Source: Octopus vulgaris (Eukaryota). Taken from it: 64,000 nucleotides of DNA. The notes under the pieces were generated by a model. That model was not told where the DNA came from and searched no databases. It worked only from the letters and a program-made list of their open reading frames with translations. The DNA lies in NCBI GenBank assembly GCA_951406725.2, contig OX597827.1, positions 49,848,001 to 49,912,000 on the forward strand. Direction: 5' to 3'. Within the stretch, counting starts at the first letter, position 1. Each line of letters starts with the position of its first letter. This document shows positions 55,786 to 64,000 of the stretch, piece after piece. Both the position numbers and the translations under genes were made by a program.

Positions 55786-56252
55786 TGTAGTGACACTACT
55801 GTGTAAGTTTCAGCGCACATGCGCAGAATTGGATTACTTCCAGTTGGCCACCGGAAGTTTTCCTCGTGCACATGTGCAGGAACTGGAACCTAAAAGCCTG
55901 ACCGCTGAATCGGTCTTTCTAGCATGAGCAGCGCTAGCGATCGGACGTGGCTTGACTTTCTCTCAGGGAACAACCCTACACTCAGAGAACCTCACCCCAA
56001 CGAAGCGGGAGCGAACTGACGAATCGTCTTGACTCACACGAGAAAGCATCGCAACCAGTCCTGCGGATTCGGCTGCCGGTTTCCCTACTAGAGATACACG
56101 TGCACTAGTTCTTACCTGTAACCGCAGAATAAACCACCACTTACTGTTGTCGAAGACCGCCCGACTTTGTCTCCGTTTCTTCAACTTAAATTGTATGTGA
56201 CAGGATCAGATCGGACACCCCTCCAGTGTTCCTAAACTCTCATCCTGTTACA
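55786..56252 (+). mobile_element. Solo LTR (Gypsy-like), 467 bp, inside the U12 intron
   Basis: TGTA...TACA termini, 4-bp TSD ATTT (55782-55785 and 56253-56256), internal AATAAA near 56128, and GC-richer than its flanks. Confidence 0.8.
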
Positions 56253-56707
56253 ATTTGTATAGACTGTGCATTCATGAATGATGCACACCACTAAGTAAAT
56301 TTGGAAAAAATATCTTGTGTTTAGTATGGTACTGTTTCTCCTTTCAATTTATGACAAATAGGAAAAAAACTTTGACCAGAATGCTTTGACTTTTAAATAT
56401 TAGAGTAAAATCAGTCAAAATACATTAATATAAAAAACTATCTTTGATTGACTGAATTACATGATATACAGCTATAATTACTAAAGAATAATGTATGTTT
56501 TCTTTGACAAGATAGCCGAAGATAAGGTGGAAAATGGACTCAGTCAAATAAATACAGTACAGTATTAATTAGACATCAATAAGATAAGAAATCAAGTCCT
56601 TTCCAGTTTCTGACTTTTACACTCATATAAGCAACTTTTCCTTCATTTTATTTTGTCTAAAATATTTTCTTCATCAGTATCAACCAAATTCATTTTATAA
56701 CTTATTG

Positions 56708-56739
<32 letters not shown>

Positions 56740-56741
<2 letters not shown>

Positions 56742-56990
56742 TAAAACAGTAAGATAACAAAAGAAAGAAAGAGACCTCAATATTATGTAAATAGAGGAAA
56801 TTTATCTGTAAAATAATATATGACAATTATTCGGTAGCCAAGATAAAACTCCGGGTTTCGGATGCCGAGGTGGAAATCCACACCATCATCTCTTCAGTTA
56901 TCTGGCCATCTGAAAAACGGCCAGATAACTGCATCCGAAACCCGGAGTTTTATTTTGGCTACCGAATAATTGTCATATATATATATATAA
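56740..56990. mobile_element. PLE-type fold-back insertion flanked by (TA)n, in the GOLGA7 U12 intron
   Basis: 56817-56865 is inverted with 56931-56979, and 56895-56907 is inverted with 56919-56931. Contains the hammerhead at 56842-56902. Confidence 0.75.
56842..56902 (-). ncRNA. Type-I minimal hammerhead ribozyme motif (PLE-derived)
   Basis: GAUAA-CUGAAGA-GAUG[..GUGGA/UCCAC..]CAUC-C-GAAA-CCCGGAG-UU-UUAUC. Stem I GAUAA/UUAUC, intact core, GUU cleavage triplet. Confidence 0.75.
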
Positions 56991-57008
56991 AACAGATGAA
57001 AAGGATAC

Positions 57009-57110
57009 TGTTCGCAAACCACGTTCAGCTGGATCTACCAACATTAATCCACGAGAAACATATATTGTTTGATTTTGGTTTTCAATATATCGACCAATCT
57101 TTTTCAAACA
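57009..57110 (-). CDS. GOLGA7: GOLGA7 coding exon (102 nt)
   Basis: cttttgcag|CLKKIGRYIENQNQTIYVSRGLMLVDPAERGLRT|GTATCCTTTT. Matches human [34 protein letters not shown]. Confidence 0.96.
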
Positions 57111-58559
57111 CTGCAAAAGAAGAAATTAGGATGTGACAATAAAAACATTTAACGAGTATGGTATCAGGAAAAGTTAAATGATTTTAGACAGTAAACACTT
57201 TTCAAAACAATTAGTGACCAAATCATGAAAAAAACAAGTGATGAAAAACATATAAAGTAAATAATATACACACGCAAATGAACCCACACATACCTCTCAA
57301 ACACACATAGCACACACTCATACATACACGCACACATTTATACATACATGTACACACACACATTTAATTTTCTATGTGACTACAATTTAAATATAGGGTA
57401 TAATTTTTTTTAAAAGTTAGTTTTAATAATTGGTGATCACAGGCTCCCAACAAAGAGGGATAACCAGTAGATGTTATAGAAAAGCAAGTTTACAATAAAT
57501 AATGCTCTATGGAAAGTGAATTGGTGGTTAGTGAGATGGAAAGACACTGAAAGTGGTGAAGGTGGTTTGTAACTGCTTCCAGCTACTTGTGATATGTTCA
57601 AATGAGAACAATACTCTGGTAGATAGCAGGATCAGTGAAAGTAATTTGGGCTACTAGGTTGAGTTATGTCCTTGAAATGAGGACTAGCGTTTGAAGACTA
57701 ACATTGTATTGTGTATTCAAGTATGAACGACTTAATGTATTTATTGACTGAAACAGCGAAATAACTCATCAGTGTTATTACTGAAACAAAGTGGTCCATC
57801 AACAGAGAAGCATGAAGTCAGACCCCTATTTCTCTTCCTGAAATGAGTAATACAAACATCTTTCTTAAGCAGACACTTTTCTTGTAGGCTAATATTTGTC
57901 TAAAATATTTTCTTCATCAGTAGCTGAGCCAATGACACTTTTGTACAGCGAGAAACATTATTTCTTGCTCAGTGAACTGATGTAAGGGTTGGAGTAACAT
58001 GTGACATGAAATATTTTTTGGATGCAGTTGCAAATAAATAACAAAAGGTCTAATATCACAAAACAGCCTCTGACCTTACATGAAGCAGATGACTATCAAT
58101 CATCGCATCAAGATTTAGATGTTTGGTTTCTGTATATGGAACAGCTTAAAAAAAAAAAAGCAACTGAGACCTGCAGGCTTCTTTATTCTCCTTCAGAATT
58201 GGACTACAAATGTCTCTCTTGTACAAGTTTCATTTTCCTGTAAGGTATGATTTTCTTACTGCCATTCAAACTTGTTTTACAATATGCTGTGTATTCAAAT
58301 AATATATGTATGAACAGCTTTAAATGTGTTGACCACTATAAACATGAGACACATAGGTAGTATGTTTTCAAAAATAGGGAGAGATTCTTGAGAGAGACTT
58401 GTGATTTTGGTGACGATAGAGTCATGCTCTGAAATTTACTGTATATGAATGATGTCAAATAAACCATTAAGGAAAGGTTAACCTCTTTTTCTTTCTTTTT
58501 TTGCTAGGTCAAGACGATGAAATTAATTCTACTGAAACTACTGCAAGTTGATAACTGTA

Positions 58560-58960
58560 GAAAAGTCATGAGTAAGGAGGTGCTAAGACAAAATGCTAGA
58601 TATAATTGATAATATGGGGTGTAGGATGAGGGCATTAGATACAACATCAGTGATTAGAAGAAAAGAGGATGAGCTTGCATAGAGGCACCACAAAACAATC
58701 AAGCAGTGAAGAATAGCAGCCATTGTAGTGGTGGGAGAGAAGACAGAGAAGAGACAGCACTTCTGTAGAACAGGAACTGACGTCTGTGAGTGATATTATG
58801 CCAGTTAATCAGGTGGTGTCTCTCACTGGAAGCAGCCTAGAACCCTCATTGTGGATCCTACCTAAGCTTCTTTGAAGTGTTAGTAATTGCCATAGGCTGA
58901 AATATTTTCTGGTTCTGAAGAGAAGGACTAATCTTTGAGATGCAGTCCTAACTTGTATTA
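58560..58960 (-). mobile_element. Very old LINE 3' remnant in a GOLGA7 intron
   Basis: Remnant resembling RR.VSSLCL..HHYNG.YSSLL, a C-terminal motif of jockey/CR1-group ORF2. Confidence 0.35.
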
Positions 58961-59325
58961 ATTCTCAAAAATATAACTAGTGCATGAATTTGGATGAAAT
59001 TTGTTGATATGGTATAATGATCACTGATCTACATTGTGAATGAGGCTTTTACCAGTTGTCTCTTTCAACCTGCCCAGGTAGGTTGAATACAAGTAAGTTG
59101 ATTACTTGAGAGCATTTTCTTGTGTTGAATTTGAGTTCTTTTTAACTTACAAGCTGCAGAACTATAAATCAGAAATACTCATACTACTGCTGCAGACAGT
59201 CCATTTAGTCATAGTATGGTAAAATATCACAACATGATAGTGGCAGAGACAATGCAAAAAGAGAAAAAACCCTAACAAAATGATGTCTGAATGAAAATAA
59301 CATTGATCACAACAATTAATAATAC

Positions 59326-59478
59326 CTTTTCATAGTGAGTGTCCACACACAAATAGGAAAGATATGCAGTGAGGCAAGCAAAACAGCTTTCACAATAGGT
59401 ACTACCACCCAAGCTTTCGGCTTCTTTGTACATTTCATTGATGGTGTTTATTGTTTCTGCAAATGTTGATCTTTCAAT
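59326..59478 (-). CDS. GOLGA7: GOLGA7 coding exon (153 nt)
   Basis: ttccag|IERSTFAETINTINEMYKEAESLGGSTYCESCFACLTAYLSYLCVDTHYEK|gtatt. Matches human IDRQQFEETV...EAEKLGG..Y.EGCLACLTAY....THYEK, including the palmitoylated CxxC cysteines. Phase 0/0. Confidence 0.96.
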
Positions 59479-59679
59479 CTGGAATGTTAAAGATTAAAGT
59501 TGGTTAGAATAGAGGACATTATGTAGCTGCAGTTAAAGATTATTTATTTATTTATAATGGGAGTATTATAAGTATTTTTAGACTAGATGAAAGCTGCAGT
59601 GATGACCTTGATGATGTTGAAATATTGCATTGTTATCGTGTGGTTTGAGTTAATCTTGGCCATACAAAATTATGGTATA

Positions 59680-60077
59680 CTAGCAGTATCGCCCGACGTT
59701 GCTCGGGTTTGTAAGGGAAATAACTATATAAGCATTTTTAGAGAGTTATAGCCAAAAAATAGCAAAAAAATGCATTAAAAATGGAAAAAAAATTATGGTA
59801 ATTTTTTTTAAAATCGTTGACTCATCATAGACATCTTTAGAGAGTTACTTCCCTTATATAATAGCGAAAAAATGCATTAAAAATGGGAAAAAATGATGGT
59901 AAATTATTTATAAAATCGTAGACTCATCGTAGACGCGTGCTAATACCCAGAAGGACTCGATATGAATCACGACTATAAGATACCCGGTTTTGGTTAAACT
60001 GCACCGCAAAATGTGGGAGTAGTTAGGAATCTAAATCGTAGGAGACAGACACACAACTTCACTTTTATATATAAAGA
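59680..60077 (-). mobile_element. Non-autonomous Helitron in a GOLGA7 intron
   Basis: Near-identical to 12041-12421, with an internal tandem duplication. TC...CTAG termini. Confidence 0.9.
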
Positions 60078-60815
60078 TAATAGGTCAGTCAAAGAATTGG
60101 ATATGATAATAGATTCATTGCTCCAGATATAATGTGTCTCAGCTTGGTTAAGGATCACACCATACATTCTGAATAGTTTATTATATGGGTTGCAGTATGG
60201 GTATGTTGCAATTCCTTCATTGCCCACTTTTGTTCTTATATAAGTACAGGATCAGTTGGAGGCAAATATAGTGAATATGATAGATAGATGTTTTGGTTTA
60301 TATCTTAAAGATTTAACTGTGCTCTGATAGTTTTCTTGGATGGCTTTGCAGTAGGGACCTTGACCATATCAACTTTAACCACTGATATGAATAGCCAGTG
60401 AGTAGATTAATTGATTGATGTGAACAGATCAATCACAATTCATGAGCTCACTGTGCAACTGGTGTTAGATCACAATACATTATAGAAGATAGTGGACGAT
60501 TCTGGGTATTTCAGCAAAATGGGTACTTCAACAATTGATATCTAATTTGAAGGAAAAAAGGGTGGAAGTCTGCTTTGATCTTCTTATAAGTATACTTCCA
60601 CCCTATATGCTAAAAATAAGACTAAATAATTACTTTTTCCTCATTTTTGTCACTGGAGGTCAAACAACTATTACAAATTGTAGATGTTCTGAAAAAGTTT
60701 ATTCAAAAGATTTTTTTCAAGTTTTAAAATATACACTCACTAGAAGAAAACCTAATTAAAGTAAATTAACAAAGAATACAAAATTACTAATTGTTTCACA
60801 CTTAGTGTAACTAAC

Positions 60816-60935
60816 CCTTCCTTCCAATTCAGCAGGAAATTTTGTCTGGAATCTGACTGGGGTGCCATCTGTATAGTCTCGCTGAATGAAAACTTTAATT
60901 CCATTAGGTTGTGGAATCCTGGATATATCCTCCAT
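60816..60935 (-). CDS. GOLGA7: Golgin subfamily A member 7 (GCP16/ERF4 family), first visible coding exon; the exon itself starts at 60948
   Basis: Minus-strand translation [40 protein letters not shown] matches the KVFIQRDY...[10 protein letters not shown] motif of GOLGA7. Acceptor ttcttctttcag precedes 60948; donor GTTAGT starts at 60815. The frame is open upstream of the ATG (T GAG GCC ATA CCA ATG), so an upstream coding exon is possible. Confidence 0.93.
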
Positions 60936-62368
60936 TGGTATGGCCTCACTGAAAGAAGAAAGAAGAACAGAAAAATATTTAGAGGCAATGTTAATGATGC
61001 TAAATAATAGAGATTATTGTAGAAAAGAAGAATTTAAGATCTATATGAGACATGGTTATTTTAAATTATATCCTAGCTAGTGTTCTACTTTGGTACACAG
61101 ACACTCTTGTATAACATCTGTAGGATCTTATGCATGACAAAATGGTAGCATGACTATATGTTGGAAGGTATTTCTAGTGTGGAAGATATTTCATTTTTTT
61201 ATACCATGCATTTTGTGAACATTAGCCTTGTTGGTCATAAGTTTCCAACATCTCAATTACTGGTTTACTGCAATTTAAGTAAAATACACACATATATCAT
61301 AGGCTTCTGCTCCATCTACCAAATTTCAGAAAGTATTTGCCAACCGGGATCTAGAAGCAAACTTCTTAACCACACAACCTGTGCCCATATGCAGTCCATG
61401 ACTAGATTCCTGAACTGGATGCATTGACATATTGACCAATATGACTGGCGAATGTGACCTGAGGGTTAGGGTTAGTTTCCTGTAGTAGCTTCCTGAAATA
61501 TATGCATGTGTATATAGAGAGTAGCAATTGTTATTTAACCCAAGGTCAATTCTGAGCAAACTTATGATCAAAGGCAATCATCTTTTGTTCAAACATTAAA
61601 TAGATGCATCCTATTTTTTCATCTTTAATTCAAAGATCACAAGTCAGGTGGTGGATGTTAAATCTAGAAAACTATCATGGATAAAAAAAAATATTTAAAA
61701 AAAAAAACATTAAAAAATACAATGCTAAGAATCTTCTCTTTACCCACATTTTTGTCAAAGGAAACTCAAATCTACTGACCTCACTAATTTTCAAGGACCA
61801 TGCATGTATACTGCAGGGTTTTCTTAGATCAATTGTAAAAAAATAAAAGATATGCCAATGAAATATATCAAAATGGCGAAAACATTAAAGCAGAGGAAAA
61901 ATGCTTTGGGTTGGATATTCGATTATTATGCAGACTGCTAGAATTTCCACTGGATTAAAATTATTTATATATATATAGGCACAACGAGGCTGTGTGGGAA
62001 GAAGCTGGTTCCAGGCTGTCCTACTGCATAGCACCTTGGGCTGACCAAAGCTTTGTTTGTTGATTTGGTAGACAGAAACTGAAAGAAGCCTGTTGTGTCT
62101 ATATATATAAAACTGAAAATGTGTGCCTGTCTTGAGAACTACCAAACTGATTTCATTCAAATTTTATTAATGCCTTAATTAGGGTCCATGCAGTGACATG
62201 GGCCAATAAAATTTTCAACTTCTTACCTAATGTGAACCTAGAGCAACCTCTTATCTTTTACACTATTTCAGTATTACATGTCAAAAGTGAAACAATAATA
62301 TCTCTATTGTAATGTGAGATAATACTTTCAGTTTTAATAGTGTGGGTATATATGTATATATTTATCTA

Positions 62369-62700
62369 TCTTATATATTTAAAGGTAAGTTGTCTGTGTG
62401 CGCGTTGTGTAAACCACTTCAACTCCTACAATTTTCAACTGAATTTCACCAAATTTGACATGTGTGCTCTCTTTGACTTAGGATGCTTTTTCTTATAATT
62501 TTTTCCTCAAAATTCCATGCCCCCAACATAAATTGACTACTCTCAATTCACTTAGAATTTGGCTTGAGCCAGTGCAAAAATGTGACACACCCAGCTGGAA
62601 AAAACCAATACTTTATACTTTGTCGGCTGAGGCAAACTCTAATTGACTGCTTGCACAGTACTGCCAGCAGTATTCATTTGTGAGTTACGATTTGCCTCTG
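62369..62700 (+). mobile_element. Possible Helitron 5' fragment
   Basis: A|TCTTATATATTTAAAGG followed by TTTCAACTGAATTTCACCAAATTTGACA, similar to the 5' part of the element at 32858-33226. No 3' end found. Confidence 0.4.
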
Positions 62701-64000
62701 TTTTCATGTGAGTGCTCTTTTTCATATAATTATTCTAACTTAAATTAGCAACTTCAAAACTCTTTCCCAAAATTAAAAATTCTTAATTCGGTCTGTTTGA
62801 TTAACATTTTTGCCAACTACATTTTACTATTTTTTGGGTTCTACACATTCACCGCTTTTTCCTAAGGACTTTTTCTATTGTGTAAACTGATCATTTTCCA
62901 CCATGCCTTGATGCAAAAGATACAATATAGGTCAGCAAACAAATGCTGCAAAGAAAAGTAACTCAGAACCATTCAGAGAAATATTTTCATGCATCTTTTC
63001 TTTGTGTCGTTCAGGAAAAGTAGATTGGTATCATTTCATACAGTTTTCCCCAATAACACTTTGGTTTACACACACACACAAAGTCTTATAATACAGAACA
63101 CCTCATACCTCTGATCCTTTCATTGTAGAGTATTAGCAAATCTTAATTTCAGCTTGATGACTGTTAGGTATAGTGGTTTGCTCTTAGCTAAGAAGGTCTT
63201 GATCTTTCCCCTTTTTTCCAATCTTTCTAGGCCTACCTTTTAGTTTTTATGGTTCTATGTATTGTACAATTCTACCTTCCTTTTAGTTACTTTATTCTAT
63301 GAATTGTAGAATGCCACCTTCCTTTTAGTTACTTTATACACAGATCTGATCCATCACTCACAATAGACAGTATCATAGAGACTCCTTTATGTTGAAAATC
63401 CCTATTTCCTCTTCCATCTTGTCACACATCACCGAGTGTTACTTTGATCTTACATCTGGCCAAGGGAACTTTCAGCTTCCATAGTTTCTTCTCGAGATTG
63501 TCTCATATTTTTGAGTTCAGCTAGCTCTTATCTTGAACTTGTTGATCAATGTGTCTATGTTGAAAGGTACATTGTACACCAAAGAAGAACTTAGTATTCA
63601 CAAGCAGTTGCCTACTCTTTGTTTATACATACTTTGTTGCTGTCAGATAAAGAGAGAGTGCTTTATCCAAGTTAAAGTACACTTTCTACAAAGCCATTAT
63701 AACTCTTTGGCAAACATAAACGCTCAACAGAAAACCATAACAAAAAATGACCATCAAACAACAAGCGCTGTTCTGCTGCCGCCGCCGTAACTCAATTTCT
63801 GTTTCGATTCATTTGCATTTGTCTGCAAACTCTTACATTATACAGATGAGAGAAAACTTTTCTTCATGAGAAGATGATAGTCTATCACATATTGTTGTTG
63901 GCATCCTTTTTGTCTCAGGAGACAATGGAGTTGCGCATAAAATAATCTAGTCCAGCTTTTACATTTCATGTCCTAATACATTTCCTGCTGTGGCTATGTA

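Larger units (their letters stand above)
55305..57008 (-). other. GOLGA7: U12-type (minor spliceosome) GT-AG intron of GOLGA7
   Basis: 5' splice site GTATCCTTTT (57008-56999). Branch site TTTCCTTAAT (55325-55316) lies about 11 nt before the CAG, with no polypyrimidine tract. This is the U12 consensus. Confidence 0.93.

Noticed and set aside
58197-58571. Plus-strand exon-like segments with good splice signals (about 58197-58244 and 58508-58571)
   Set aside because: They are antisense within a GOLGA7 intron with no recognisable protein. They cannot be supported without RNA data.
59405-59447. GAAAGCUU-GGGUG hammerhead-like 3' half on the minus strand
   Set aside because: It lies inside the GOLGA7 coding exon (EAESLGG) and lacks a CUGANGA core, so it is coincidental.
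63150-63520. RTE-like 3' remnant (KGRPRK) and short tandem repeats at 63230-63340
   Set aside because: The motif is too weak to annotate confidently.
60949-64000. GOLGA7 first exon or promoter
   Set aside because: An acceptor at 60949 implies an upstream exon, but no convincing donor or promoter was found in the window; it probably lies beyond 64000.

Overview
Repeat-rich eukaryotic (animal) genomic DNA. The (TA)n/(CA)n/(TATG)n/(AAT)n load and the tRNA-derived SINE families look like an octopus/coleoid cephalopod genome (inference). Almost all ORFs in the supplied track are microsatellite artefacts. One host gene is clearly readable on the minus strand and is missed by the ORF track: GOLGA7/GCP16 (ERF4 family, accessory subunit of the DHHC9/Erf2 palmitoyltransferase). 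It has 4 coding exons (60816-60935, 59326-59478, 57009-57110, 55233-55304; about 148 aa), and its last intron is U12-type (GTATCCTTT donor, TTCCTTAAT branch point). The rest is decayed transposons: Gypsy pol, a solo LTR, RTE, CR1/L2-type and Tx1/L1 LINE pieces, a Helitron helicase, non-autonomous Helitrons, Penelope-like (PLE) fragments, a MITE and four SINE families. The most striking unexplained signal is more than a dozen minimal type-I hammerhead ribozyme motifs from several unrelated repeat families. They include a CCGAnGA core variant, a tRNA-like + (AAT)n + hammerhead unit, and fold-back arrangements. One near-intact hammerhead lies in the sense orientation about 110-165 nt inside the GOLGA7 U12 intron, preceded by its own antisense arm. 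All calls come from manual reading; no database search or folding program was run, and TE boundaries are approximate.
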